Origin: Camelus dromedarius
Taxonomy: Eukaryota
Direction of reading: 5' to 3'
DNA: 64,000 nucleotides
NCBI RefSeq assembly: GCF_036321535.1
Contig: NC_087447.1
Coordinates: 35,528,001 to 35,592,000 of the forward strand
In this document: in pieces, positions 38,776 to 51,944 of the stretch
Position numbering within the stretch: position 1 is the first letter of the stretch
Layout: each line of letters starts with the position of its first letter
Notes under the pieces: model-generated
The model's input: the letters and a program-made list of their open reading frames with translations, nothing else
Database searches by the model: none
Told to the model about the DNA's origin: nothing
Program-made: the position numbers and the translations under genes

Positions 38776-39978
38776 ACAAGCTGTAAGTCTTGGGTATTGA
38801 CTGCCCGCACAGCTCCTGGTCAGCTTGTGTTAGTGAGGCCAGAGCACGGGGGAGGCCGCCGAGGCAGCAGAGGTGTAGGCAGAGAGGAGAGGATGAGCTT
38901 GTTGGCTCTGTTACTTTAAACTGTCAGTGGGACAGGCAGTGTAATGGTCCTGCAAACAGGAGTAAAAGGGATCTATCCCAGGATGGGCTAGGAGTGGGGA
39001 TGTAGTTTTATGTCTCAGCTGTGCCCACACTGCAGAATAAACTTTGTTCGCTCAAGGGAGAGCCCACGAAGTGCAGGTGCACTTGGCAATGTCGATTCTG
39101 TAGAATTAAAGTGGGTTGGAGCTAAAGGGCCTCAAAAACCATCTGTTCCCACTGCTCATCTAGGAATGAGATACCCAAATTCTTGGAGGGGACAGTGATA
39201 GGTTCCAGTTGTGAGCGAGTCAGGGAAGAGGCCCAGGCTGACTGAGAAAGTGGATCTCCCAGCACTCAGCCCAGACCCCTTTGCTTCAAACCATGTATTC
39301 TCAGAAGGGAGTATTTTAAACTGTGGTCCCTTCCAAATCCAGGACTGCCCCTCCCCTAGGGAAGATTTCTTTTTAATCTTGCCCTTAGACTGTTCAGATA
39401 CTTTTATTAATCTTCTCTTTTTTGTGACTTTAAGTAATTTGCTTGCCTTCCAAGGGCTCTAGTTGCCCAACTACAAAAATAAAGATAATAATCTGGTCCC
39501 CCCCACCTTGCTTCATAAAGGCTTCCTGATGTTGTAATAAGTATAAGTATGATTAGAAAAGAAAGATAATCATTTTGCATAAAAAGCAAGATAGAATACC
39601 ATAGTTTTAATAAATATGGTTCTATTACAATTCTCAAATGAATTTGATGTGGTTGGGAGGGAGGGACACTAAGTCCATGAAAGACATCTGACTAGGTTTC
39701 AACTCAGTCCTGCCATTTTCCAGCTATGTGACTTTGAGTGAATTACAGCCTCCCTGAGCCTCAGTTTCCCTATGTGGATAAAGAGAATGAGAATACTCAA
39801 GATGTTAGTATGACAACTAAATAGGATAATATATGTAAAAGACCTGATACATGACACCAGCAGTACATGAAGATGTCTGTGGCTCCTCATCCTTGCCAAG
39901 ACTTGGCATAATCTACCTATCATTTTTTACCAGTCTAATAGTTTCTATCAAAGTAAGAATTTTGTTTCAGAGACAGGA

Positions 39979-40354
39979 TATATCTGCCTGGGTTCAACCA
40001 GAGGAAGACCCAGGAGGAGATATACATTACGAGATTTAATGCAAAGAATCTGCTTACACAACTGTGGAGGATGGCAAGGCAAGTCTGAAATCCAAAGGGC
40101 AAATCTTCAAGAAGAGCCAAGTGATGCTACAGTCAATAGGTAGACCATCTTCCTCAGGGAAACTGCAGTTCTCTTCTTAAGGACTTTCAACTGATTGGCT
40201 TAGGCCCACCCAGATTATCTAGAAAAATCTCCTTTGCATAAAATCAACTGATTACAGAGGTGAATCATATCTACAAAATACCTCACAGCAACACTTAGAC
40301 TAGTATTTGATTGAATAACTGGGTACAAATTGACACATAAAACTGACCATCATA
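39979..40354. mobile_element. MLT2-type (ERVL) LTR
   Basis: gggttcaaccagag...gcaagtctgaaatcc...ttcaactgattggcttaggcccacccagattatc...ttgacacataaaactgaccatcata. Confidence 0.75.
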
Positions 40355-40389
40355 TGGTCCAACTTATATTTTACAAAAATCTTTTCTGG

Positions 40390-40860
40390 GGACAGGAGGA
40401 AGTCTGAGTTGAAGGAGAGAGAGCCTGGAAGCAAAGAGAGGAATAGAGAAACCAGAGCATTACCTTAAAGGAAGGGTGATGAGGACCTGAATTAAGTAAT
40501 GACTGCTGAGATAGAAAGTAAGAATCAATTTGAAAGGCCAAGTTAAGCTTGCTGTGATTCAGTGACCTTGTAAGAGCATGGTTGAGAAGAGAAGAATGGT
40601 CAGGATCAGGGATGGTACCCAGTTTTCTGCTTGGTGGGCTGGGTGGATGTGTTGTTATTGACTGAGAAAGGAAATACATGGAAGGGAAAGAGTAGGCTTT
40701 AGGCAAGGTGATGGGTTGTTTTTGTTTTTGTTTTTGTTTTTGTTTTTGTTTTTAACATGATGAAGTCTGAAATGCCAATGGAACACCCAAATTGAACTAC
40801 CTGGTAGGGGATTGGAATGAAGACTTTGGGCTCTTTAGAGAGGTCAGAGAGTTTCTGTAG
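40390..40860 (-). mobile_element. L2 remnant
   Basis: ggtcaggatcagggatggtacccagttttctgcttggtgggctgggtggatg...tgaaatgccaatggaacacccaaa. Confidence 0.6.
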
Positions 40861-42469
40861 AGAAAGGTTAGTGAAGTAGACTACTTACATAGTTTTTTCT
40901 TCATGTGTATATGGATAATGTTTCTGCTAAGTGGCTTTGCTATAGGATGTGGTGTTGTGATGCCTTTGATAATGTTACAACAGTGTGACCATTCTGTGAT
41001 TATTCCTGCTGCTGCAGTAATTTAGCCCAGGGCAGAGATTGCTTTCCTGGCCAGCTTTTGCAGGGACCTACCTGTCCTGTAAGACTTTCTCCCTAGAGGT
41101 CATGATGCCATTGTGAAGGTTAGGTCCTCAGTAGGAGCCCATACCTGTGAAGGCTCTATCTCCTGAGAAAAATCCAGGATGGAATCACTAATTTCTGGGG
41201 AGTGACCCAAGAGGACATACACAAAGCATAATTAATGACATATGGCAGCTCACTGCCCCAGAAAACAAGACCAGTCCAGTCAGGCTGCCCGGGAAGAAGC
41301 ACCCTCTGCTTTCCCAATTTCCAACCCTAGACCTCCTCTGAACAGGCCTGCAGACAGTGGATGGGGGTTTTGTATTCTGGGAGGTATGGGGACGTGGGGA
41401 AGAAGAGGGAATGAACATTCACTGAGCATCTCCCATGTGCCCAGCAGTGTGCTGGGCACCTTCATAATGAGAATGATGAAACTGGTGACAACTACATTCA
41501 CCAAGAGTTTGCCTTGGTGCAAAGCACTGGATATGTATGGTTTATTTTTTTCTATTTAGTTGTCACTACAATCATATAAGGTAGGTACTATTATGAGCCA
41601 CATTTTACAAGTGAGGAAATCAAGGCAAGATGAAGTGACTTGCCCAGGATCACACAAGTAGTGGATATCTAAGGCAGGACTTAAAAAAATGTTCTGATTC
41701 CCAAGCCCAGAGTTCCAGATGCTCTGCTCCCTCTGTCTGATGCTGACACAGCCACTTTCCCCTCCCTGGTCCTGTCATTCAGGGGCACAAGACTATAGGG
41801 CTCTTTCTCTTACCATGCTTACAGATTTCTGTCTTTACAACTTTAAGGAGCAGGTGGCTTGGAGGAAGCACTGGGTGGGGCCTAGGACACTTAGGTTCCT
41901 CTTCCAGCCTCTCTCTGACCTTGGACCTTAGACCATGACCTTTTGGAACCACACCTTCCTCATCTATAAAATGGAGATACTAACACCTGAGGATCAGATG
42001 AAGAAATTGCTAGGGAAGTGTTTTTGTCAACTTTGGAAGTTATACTATCACATCTGTACCTACTGCCCTGCTTTTCAGAATGTCCTCTTACCTGTTATCT
42101 TTCTTGACCCTGACTCCTCTTCTCCTTTATTATGATTTATGACATTTTTATCACTTAGAAGTCTCTGATAATCATGCCTTGAGGTGGGAGGCCAGTGAAA
42201 TTCTTATATAAATAATTTCACCTCCCTGAGCCAGCTGGAGGGGGTGGGGTGGTATAGCAGATTTAGCAGCTGCTGAAGCAAGAACCAAAAGAAGTCTTCT
42301 TGTCAGTCACAAGAGTGAATCATTCAGATGGCTGCTTTTCTGAGTCCTTCCCAGAGCCATAGGCAAACTGGATAGCAGTGTTGCTTTTATCACTCACTAA
42401 GCCTAAAATGAAGCTCGGCTTCTTACTTAGAAATGTTGCAGGCATATGTGTTTGAAAGAGAGGAATGTG

Positions 42470-42680
42470 GAGCCCTCATGCTGGAATCCGTTCCCAGCTC
42501 TGCCACCTACTAGCTGAGTGACCTTGGGCAAGTCATTTCCCCTAACAGGGCCTCAGTTTTCTCATCTGTAGACTGGAAGTGATAATACCTGCCTCACAGG
42601 GTCTTTGTACAGCTCAGATGAGATCGTGGGTGTCAAGGGCCCAGTGTGTACCAAGTGCTTTGTAGAGTCTTAGTAATTCT
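42470..42680 (+). mobile_element. MIR SINE
   Basis: cccagctctgccacctactagctgagtgaccttgggcaagtcatt...cctcagttttctcatctgta. Confidence 0.85.
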
Positions 42681-43364
42681 TACTGCCCTGAGTCTCTGAG
42701 CTGTGGGAATGAGCACCTTGAGGAGGTAGATTTGATGAGGGGTGAAACAATCTGGTTTCCAGAATGCAAAGGCAGAGGACTCAGGAATAGACATTTGAAT
42801 CACAGTTCTATTTTTTGTTCAATCCAGCCTAAGGTTTAAAAATGTGGTGTCTTCCTCATGTGGCCCTTCTTCCTTTCTGTGTAAGCAGTGGAGGGTCGGG
42901 GTGGGGTGGGGACAGTCCAGCTTCTCTGAAGGCACATGCTCCTACCTTCGCAGGCACCTTGGTTACCATCAGCTTCAAGGAAACCCGTGCTAATGCTTGA
43001 GCATGAGTGTTGTGCTCTAGTCTTCAGTCCTCTTGTCTTTAATCTAGGTGCTCCCACCACCAAACTGGCCTCTAGCTTAAAACATTGGAGGAATTTTATC
43101 CATCACTTCTGCCCATGACCACAGCGTGGCTGATTTCATGAATTTGGAGTACACAGCAGGAAATATTTTTCCAGCAGGTCTTGTTCTCAAGATGCACACA
43201 TACCCCACAGGGCCTCATGGCCCCAGAGTTCTGGAGAGCCTCCTGGTACTCACAGACTGTAGAAGTGGAATGCAGACCACTGGGTGCCCAGGAAGCACAT
43301 CCGAATACTAATAACAAATGTCACTTCATGTCTTCCTTGCAACACCTCTCTGATAGGCAGGAAT

Positions 43365-43615
43365 ATGGTTTAGCAGCTAAGAGTGAAGGGTTTCACATCA
43401 AAGAGGCCAGGGTTTGAATCTAACTCTGCAACCTAGCACTGTGTGACCTGGGGCAAATTACTGAACTCCTCTGAGTATATGATCTGTATCTGTGAACTGC
43501 AGATAATAGTATTATCCATTATCCCACAGAGCTGTGAGGATTAAGGAAAGAATGCAGTAGAGCCTCAGCACAGGGCCAGGTACACAGTAGGCACATAACA
43601 TATAGCAACTATGGC
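43365..43615 (+). mobile_element. MIR SINE
   Basis: gggtttgaatctaactctgc...gtgtgacctggggcaaattactgaactcctctgag. Confidence 0.75.
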
Positions 43616-43841
43616 ATCAGTTTTACAACAGAGGAAACAGTAGCCCAGGGAGGTTAACTTACTTGTCTGAGATAGGCATGATGCCTATTTTATATAAAAG
43701 AAGACCAAGGCTGAGAGATCAAGGATCTTGACCAAAGTCATACAACTAGCAGGCAGCAAAATCTGAACTGTAAGGCCTGGTCTCCTTATGTTTCACCAGA
43801 AGCCTCTGGAAAACTGAAATAAATGTCCCAAATCGTTTATA

Positions 43842-43860
43842 ACTGGCCCCCTGGTGGTGC
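43842..43860 (-). promoter_or_regulatory. CTCF consensus motif
   Basis: GCCCCCTGGTGG at 43846-43857 reads CCACCAGGGGGC on the - strand, a near-perfect CTCF core. Confidence 0.6.
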
Positions 43861-45293
43861 AGTCCAAGTCCAGCCTCCCTTCTGCTGAATTTCACTTTCT
43901 AGAAATGGGCTGCTGGTGAAGAATGTGTGTGCGCGCATGCACATGTCTGAGTACAAATACATACATCTCAGCAATGGAGCAGGAAAGTGTCCTGGGAGAC
44001 GGTGATTCCCCAGAGTGCTCCAGGAATGCAGTGTTTTGGTTAATGGATTTTCTCAGAGTATTAACCCCTTGGTTTCAGGTCTTGTTGAGACTTATTATAG
44101 AATGTATTGCAGCCATTCACTTTCTGATGCTACAAGGGGCTGTCTAGTGAGCGTAATTAATCCTCCTTAAATGACAGAGGATCTTGGCAGGATCTCCAGT
44201 CATCATCAGAATGACCAGTCACGGCGTTCAGGACTCTAATAAAAACTATCTGTATGTCTCTCTGGGTCTCCTACAATCATTGTGTCATTTAATCATGGCA
44301 GTAGCCCTGTGTGTGTGTGTGTGTTGGGAGTGAGGAGCAGGATGGGAACATAATTATTCTCATCTGACACATGAGAAAACCAAGATCTACATCAATACAA
44401 GAGATGCTGCAAAGCAATAAGATAAGTAGTATACATGGACGTTATTGATAGGAAATACTTATAGCCTGGAAATGCTTTTTTGATTATGTTAAGTCTGTCT
44501 TTTAAAAATATGCATAGAATTTGGATAGGAGAACAGGAGACATCTCAGGTAGGAGGATCAAAGCTGTAGAGGTGAGACAGTGTAAGATGTACTTGGCTTG
44601 GCTAGAACAGAGACTGTAATGTAGGGGGAGCAGACATGGTAAGGCTGGGAAAAGAGACTCGTGTATAGGCATTCACATATGCATGTAAACACACACATAT
44701 TACTCTCATCTCCTACCTATGTACATTGCTGACCTAAAGTTCTTGTTAGAAGTGATCAGAAGCATTGGCTGACTAGATCTTATTGCACTCAGCCTTGATC
44801 TGTAGGAAGGCAATGTGATGCAGAAGGAAGAGCACTGGACCGGGAGTTAGGGGATTCCACTATTGCTCTTGGTTCCACCCCATTTGACAGTGTGACTTGG
44901 ATAAGATGTGTAATCTCCTTGGGCCTTACCTCCTCATTTATAAAAATGGGCCACTTTTGGAAAATCCTTTGGAACTATTTATCAAGATCCTTGAAGGTGT
45001 CTATTCACTTTCATTTATTAATTCATATCCTGAAATTGTCTCCTAAGGAAAGATCTTAAATATGGAAATAGCTTTTTGATTAAGGATATTCTTTATAGTG
45101 TTCTATAATTTAGTAAAATAAAAGTTGCCTAAATGTCTAACAATGGGATTAGATAAGTTACGGCCCATTTGCTAGGCTATAGTTTGCTGTATTGACTAAG
45201 AGTAACAGCATTCGTCACATAAAAATGAAAACAAAAGGCATATTTTAAAAAATACTGGAAAAAATCATACTTCCCAATGTAGGCAACATTCTT

Positions 45294-45354
45294 TTTTTTT
45301 AACTTTTTTTTATTGAGTTATAGTCAGTTTACAATGTTGTGTCAATTTCCACTG
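45294..45354 (-). mobile_element. Extremely truncated L1 (61 bp including poly(A))
   Basis: Perfect 16-bp TSD TGTAGGCAACATTCTT at 45278-45293 / 45355-45370 around 'ttttattgagttatagtcagtttacaatgttgtgtcaatttcc'. Confidence 0.9.
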
Positions 45355-45959
45355 TGTAGGCAACATTCTTGATGTCATCTGGGACTCTTCACAGTCTGGC
45401 CCCCGCCATTCACACCAGCTATCCCTGTGCCACAGATAATTTACCATATATAGAAACCTCATTATGGTGATCTCAGGACATTTTTCTTACAAACACCTTT
45501 CTCCTTTGTGTGCTTTTGTATGTCCTGTTCATCCCTTCTGAAATGCCCTTCCCTTCCTTGTCCAACAAGTAAACACCTATTCTCCTTCCAGTCCAGCTTT
45601 ATATTTCCCCGACTTCCTAAAAGGAATCAGTTGCTCCCTCTTCTGTTCCTGTACATTTCATAAGGAGCCTCTAACATCTATGTATCGTATTAGTCTTTGA
45701 GTCTCTTCCTGTCTCTGCAAATAGCTTGGACATCTCTTGAGGATCAAAACTGTGTTATCACCAAATTCCCAGTACTTAGCAGAGGGCATGGTATTTAATG
45801 GGCAATCAACACATGTTAATTGAATTATTTTTCAGTTTTTACTTTTTGTTTTTCCATGTTTTCTGCATATTTTATAATGACCCTGCATTATGCTCATAAT
45901 GGAAGAAAAAAAAGTAATTCATTCATCCATTTATTTTTAAGGAGGTGACTGGCCTAACT

Positions 45960-46762
45960 CAGAGGTTCTCAAACCTGGCAGTGCATCAGAATCACCAGGA
46001 AAGCTTATTGAAATACAAATCCCACATCCCTAGACAGGCTTCCTGAAACCCATTCTCCAGGGCAAGGACCTGGAATCAGTATTGTTAACAAACCACCTTG
46101 GTTATTGTTTCTTTCTTTTTTTTTTTTTTTTGACATTTTAAACACTTTTTTTATTGAGTTATAGTCATTTTACAATGTTGTGTCAAATTCCAGTATAGAG
46201 CACAATTATCAGTTATGCATAAACAGACATATATTCATTGTCACATTTTTTTTTGTGAGCTACCATAAGATCTTGTATATATTTCCCTGTGCTCTACGGT
46301 ATAATCTTGTTTATCTATTCTACATATGCCTGTCAGTATCTACGAATTTTGAACTCCCGGTCTATCCCTTCCCACCCCCATCCCCCTTGGCAACCACAAG
46401 TTTGTATTCTGTCTATGAGTCTGTTTATGTTTTGTATTTATGTTTTGTTTTGTTTTTAGATTCCACATATATGAGCGATCTCATGTGGTATTTTTCTTTC
46501 TCTTTCTGGCTTACTTCACTTAGAATGACATTCTCCAAGAACATCCATGTTGCTGCAAATGGCGTTATGTTGTCAGTTTTTATGGCTGAATAGTATTCCA
46601 TTGTATAAATATACCACATCTTCTTTATCCAGTCATCTGTTGATGGACATTTAGGCTGTTTCCATGTCTTGGCTTTTGTAAATAGTGCTGCTATGAACAT
46701 CGGGGTGCAGGTGTCATTTCACCTTGGTTATTGTGATGCTTAGCCATGTGTGGGACCCCGTG
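45960..46762. mobile_element. MER5-like hAT-Charlie DNA transposon split by the L1 above
   Basis: cagaggttctcaaacctggcagtgcatcagaatcacc...ggaatcagtattgttaacaa; continues after the L1 TSD (gatgcttagcc...gggaccc). Confidence 0.7.
46109..46719 (-). mobile_element. Young 5'-truncated L1 (ORF2 end plus 3' UTR) inserted in a MER5-like DNA transposon
   Basis: ORF 46425-46700 MFIAALFTKAKTWKQPKCPSTDDWIKKMWYIYTMEYYSAIK; perfect 15-bp TSD CACCTTGGTTATTGT at 46094-46108 / 46720-46734. Confidence 0.93.
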
Positions 46763-46869
46763 ACCTAAGTACTTCTCAGAATGGCCTCGTGTCCCTTCCT
46801 ATCCCTGCCACGAGAGGCTTCAGCACGAGGGCATTGTGGAGCAACAGGCCAGGCAACAGAGAATAACTG

Positions 46870-47075
46870 TAACAACATCGTTACTGAGCACCTGTTCTGT
46901 GCCAAGGACTGCATTACATACAGCATTTTTATCATACAATGCCTTAAGATCAGTTTCATCATCTCCATTTTACAGATAAGGAAACTGAGGCAAAGAAAAG
47001 TGTCTTGCCCAAGGTTAAATAACAAGAATACAGTGGAGCTCATATTGGAATTCAGTTCTTTCTGACTTCTAAGCC
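46870..47075 (-). mobile_element. MIR SINE
   Basis: ctccattttacagataaggaaactgaggcaaaga...cttgcccaaggt. Confidence 0.8.
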
Positions 47076-47289
47076 CAGGAACCAGAACTTCCCTTGCTGC
47101 CTCCCCCCACCACCACCACAGACATGCCGGCACGGCCAGGTGCAGCCCTGCTGTGTGCAGGTTTGCCTAGGAGGGTGGGGTGGGCCCCGGAGCCCCTGTC
47201 CTCTGCACCGACGTGTATGGGATTAGCATGCTTGGGCAGCCGTGCGCCACAGAAGCGGAGGCTCCTGCTCACCAAATACGCTCTGACAC

Positions 47290-47385
47290 CCACCCACCTG
47301 CTTACAGGGTGCAGTGAAGCAGCGGAATTCAATTTGCAGCAGTGACCTAAGAGGGGCTATTTTTAGTAAGAAAGTAGGTCAGGGG
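47290..47385. promoter_or_regulatory. Candidate muscle-type enhancer module
   Basis: CACCTG(CT) E-box 47295-47300, TGACCT 47343-47348, MEF2 site CTATTTTTAG 47357-47366, RORE-like AAAGTAGGTCA 47371-47381, in CpG-enriched unique sequence between two MIRs. Confidence 0.45.
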
Positions 47386-47659
47386 CTGCAGCGGTGCTGC
47401 CTGAGAAACGAGCAGCCTCCCCTCTCACCGGGAGGCTCATTCGCTTCTTCTCACGCAGCCAGCACGGAGGTGCAGGAGGCAGACCCGACATCCTCACATG
47501 ACAGCGGTCGTGATCGTCACTGTGGAGCCACTCAGGGGAAACACACACACACCTAAGACACAGAGGTTCTTGTCTGGGTTTGCCTAGGGTCCTGGCCCCA
47601 ATCTTCCTCAAGAGATTAGACCCCCTTCAGAGAACATCTCAAACACGCTCGGAGACTCA

Positions 47660-47870
47660 TGTATTGTGCACCCACCACATACCAGCTACTATTCTAAATT
47701 TGACGTGCATTATCTCATTTAATCCTTGCAAATACCACTGCAGAGTAGGTTTTATCCCCATTTTGCAGATGTGGAAACTGAGTCACAGAGAAATTGAGAC
47801 TTACTCAAGATCACACAGCTCACGTGTAGTGGAGCTAGATTTTGAATCCTATGTGAGGCTTCAAAGCTGG
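47660..47870 (-). mobile_element. MIR SINE (many further MIR/L2 fragments are present and not listed individually)
   Basis: attatctcatttaatccttgc...ccccattttgcagatgtggaaactgagtcacagaga. Confidence 0.8.
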
Positions 47871-50124
47871 AGGTGAATTTTTAAATTACCACTCTGCCTC
47901 TCCCTCATTTTGATACGTCAGAGGAAACGGTACAGAGATGGTGTTCTCCAGCTGGACTTATCTGAGTCAAACAACCTACTCCTTCCAGGACAGGAAGGGC
48001 ACCCAGGACACAGACCTCTTTCCCAGAGAGGAGAAAGTACATCTACTTACTGCTGCCCAATCATTGAAGCCGGCAGTCGCCAAAAACAAACCAACCACCT
48101 GATTTCCCTGGGCCTGGAGTGTCTCAGAATCCTCTGTCCCACTTGCTCTGCCACATATTAACTGCAGATCTGTGGCAAATTGCAGGGCACTCATTGGCGA
48201 TGCACAGGCAGACACGAGCTTGTTAACAGGATGCAGTAATTGACACATCGTGAGTCATTATGCACAGCACAGAGGACTCTAGCAGAAGCCCACTTTGTGG
48301 CCAACTGCCGCTGGCACCACCAGCCTTGAGAATGTGTTCCTGGCTCTGTTCTGGCTCTCCAGCTGGAGAGCACCATACCTTCAGGGCCAGAAGCAGTCTG
48401 AGGTTTCTGTCTCATCCTGCTCTTTCCCTCCAGGCAAGGAGTGAGGATGTTTCCCCTGCCCCCAGGCTGCATGATCTTGTAGGGAGATTATTTGTTCACT
48501 CATTTATTCAACAAACATTTTTGAAAATGTGCCAGGCATGTCACAGAGGACACACGTGGCTCCTGCCTGCACAGAACTTGCAGTCCCTCTCTGGGCCTTA
48601 GTTTTCTTATCATCAAATTGGTAGGAAAGAAAGAAGTAGATTGGTCAATCTCTTCTAGCTCTAAGATTTCAGAATCTATGATTCTAGATTATAAACATTT
48701 ATTATTGAGTCATAGTGTCCATCTTAGTCATTTATATCCAGTGCCAAATGAAAAAAAAAGAAAATCTAGAATTTCAGAATCAGATGGGAACCATGGACAC
48801 AAGCTAATTCAATTTCTTCACTTACAGATAAGAAAAATGAGACTAAAAAAAAGGGTGTGACTTGCCCAGTATATCAGCAACAGAGGCAGAATTGCGAGGC
48901 CAGTGTCAGCTGAGGCCAAGCCTCACCTCCAGTCTTCCTGAGGCTGCCTCCTCTCTCAGCATGGCTGGTGAGCCTCTCCTTGGGACCCTGTCTGCATTTA
49001 GTTTCTCTAACACTGAGCTTTCCTGAGTCTTCCCTGCTTACATCTCTGACCACTGCCTCTGGGCTCTCTGACCAGCCTCAGAGTTTGCAGCCTGTGAGTG
49101 GCAGGGCTGGGATTAGCCTCTGCCTCAGAGGTGGTTATTCTGGTAGCTGAGCTTCAGGAGGTAAATGGAATTGGAATTCATTATGCCGAGACTGCCACAG
49201 AGCCGGCCATGAAGACATGGAAGCAGAGCAGGCAGAGTTTGCTCTGAGTTTCCACGCAAACAGACACAGGCAAACCACAGTGAACTTGACCAGGAAGGGG
49301 GGCCGGTGGAGGTGGCCAGTGAGCAGATGCACAGTGAGCTCAGAGAAGGCCCACAGGGGGCCTGCCTCCCTTCATGCTGCATAGCCTCTCCGGACCTCTG
49401 CCCTTGGCCTGAGTCCTACGTTTAGCCTGTGGAAAAAATCTCAAGCTAGGAGGAGCAGAGGATCTTTCCAATGTTCTAATGGGGCAAGAGGGTTGAGTTC
49501 ACTGCAGAGAAGTCAGCAGTGGGACGTTCAACACATTTTCAGTGGCCAGAATGTCATGTCTGTGTGGAGGAAGGTGCTGTGGTGTATGAGGCTTTAGCCA
49601 ACTGCCTGTATGAGGCTCTCTTCTTCTCTCTAGCACATTCTGGAAACCAGTACCTTGAAGCACTTGATTAATTAATAAAGTTTTCTGCCTTCTAATGGTC
49701 CCCTAGGATGGAGGTGGTCAGAGGTAGGGTAGACCAGAGGTAGGTCAGAGGCGATCAGAGGGTAAGAATACTGTTTTGACTATGAAAACCTGTATCCATT
49801 TTGTGTATCCATGTTTAATTTTAGTCTCCTAAATTGATCTATCATTTTCCACTGTACTTTTATAGAAAGTAATTTTCCAATAGGCACATAACATCATCCT
49901 TAAAGAACTACCTAATCCATGTACATAAAATATGTCATATGTGCACTTGCAAACATATATATCGTGCTTTAAGAGAAATTCTGAATTTTTGAAAAACAAC
50001 CTTCAAGTCATCTGTCTGTGAGCTGGAAAGGTGAGTCTGAAGCTTGGCTCTTGTGTGTCCTTGTGCTAGTCACTTTCCCTTTCTGCCCCTCTGCTCTCGT
50101 ACCTGCAAAGTGATGGGGACGGAT

Positions 50125-50310
50125 CAGTGTCATTTTGCACACCTGGCCTGTGAACCAGTTCTATTGAATCACTTAGGATCATTGTTAAATGTACAGATTA
50201 CTAGGCCCAGTTGCAGATCTGTAGAATGGGAATTGAATGCTTGGAAATTTTTAGTTCTAACAACCCTCTAGTTGATTCCGGGTTATGCAGCCAGGTTTGG
50301 AGTAGTTACC
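50125..50310. mobile_element. MER5B-like DNA transposon
   Basis: gaatcacttaggatcattgttaaatgtacagattactaggccc...taacaaccctctagttgattc...gcagccaggtttgga. Confidence 0.6.
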
Positions 50311-51944
50311 TTCTAAGAACCCCACTGGTTCTGTTTTAGAATCCTCTGCCTTCTCTTTCTTGCTTAGTTTTCCTGATTTTGTCTTATCCAGTTTTCCCTA
50401 GACAGCGCCCCTCAGTAGACTGTGAACTTCTCAGGAGCAGGGGCCGTATCTTGCCCACCTCTATGTGCCTGAATCCGGCACGGTACCTGGCACACGGGAA
50501 GTACTTAGTCAGCAGAAAGAGGGAACAAATGGGCTTTCCTGGCTTCACTACCATTTATGCACATCCAAGTAGTTTCCATATTTTTTCCTGTAGACTCAGT
50601 CATTGCACATCTTCTGATATGATAGATGAAAAGAACAGAGATTTTGGAAAGTAGGAAAAATGGATATGAATTTCACTTCCACCTCTTACTGTGTAGTAAT
50701 TTATCCCAAGTCATTTAGTCTCTTTAAACTGAAGTTTCCTTGATTGTACAATAAGGATAATAGCACCTGTTGCTCAAGAGTGTTGTCGGGAGAGACTACA
50801 TGAGAATATGCATGTAAAAGTGCTTGACATTTAGTAGGAACTCTAATACTTTCGTTGCTTTCTTCCTCTGCATGGTGAGTGACAGGAAGAGGAGGGAAGG
50901 AGACTCAGAAGAATGGATCATCCCCAAGCCAGCCACCAAGAATGAAATATGGCCCTTTGTCATTCCCTGGCTTCCTGGGACCCTGAGGCTCTGACTGAAG
51001 CCCAGGCAGCTTGGTGGACCCCTACTGGCTTAGTCTGGAGCGCATCAGAATTCGGACTTAGAATCTCCTGACTCCAAATGCAGCATATTCTCTCTATCAC
51101 TCTGCTCCAGGGAGGTAGAAAAAGAAATTCAAGGAATTATTATAGGTTTGGGTTCCCCATGCAGGCCTGATGTCTGGGCTTGCAGTGAGAAACCCAAGTC
51201 CATTAACCCAAGTTGTTAGTTTCCAGGGCCGAAGGTCTTTGGGTTGGTTTTGTTAGCACATCAGCTCCCCTCTCCACACACTGTTGGAACTGTATAGCAT
51301 GCCACTTTTCATAAAAGTCTTTTTCAAACCAAGTCCAGCCACAGTAGGGCCACCAGATTGGTTATCTTCTGGGGAAAACGGTAAATGATTTTCCCTCCCC
51401 ACAATGCCTCCAGCACCACAGTGACAACAGCCACCCTTTGCTGAGTACCTATAGTGCTGAATCTTTATGACATCACTATGAGTAGGTATTATTAGCTCCA
51501 TTTTACAGGGTAGCAGGTGGTAATTAAGATTGTAGACTTTAGAGTTAGACCAAGGTTCAAGTCCTGTCCCCACCATGTTCTATCCAACCCTCTCTGAGTC
51601 TCACTTTCTTTATCAGCAAAATAGGATTGTAACGGATACCTCATAGTACTGTAGGACTATGTGAATACTGCATGCGTGATACTTGACATAGTATCTAACA
51701 TATGGAAAGGAAATCCTCCATCAGTGTAACTGTGGTGATGGTGACCATGATGACTATGGTGACAGTGCCATGATCTCTTGATCTATGGGAGTTAGGCCAT
51801 CCTAATAGATACCAGAGGGATGAGGAGAGATGGCAAAAACCAGTAGTTCCAAGTAGCCTAAGACAAACTCAGGAGAACCTCAGCAATGGTATTAGAAAGG
51901 AACCTGGTGTGATTGGTTGGAATAAACTCAGAGATGAGCTGTAT

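Noticed and set aside
49347..49363. Third CTCF-like motif (GCCCACAGGGGGCC)
   Set aside because: Mismatches in the 5' half of the core; too weak without a PWM score.
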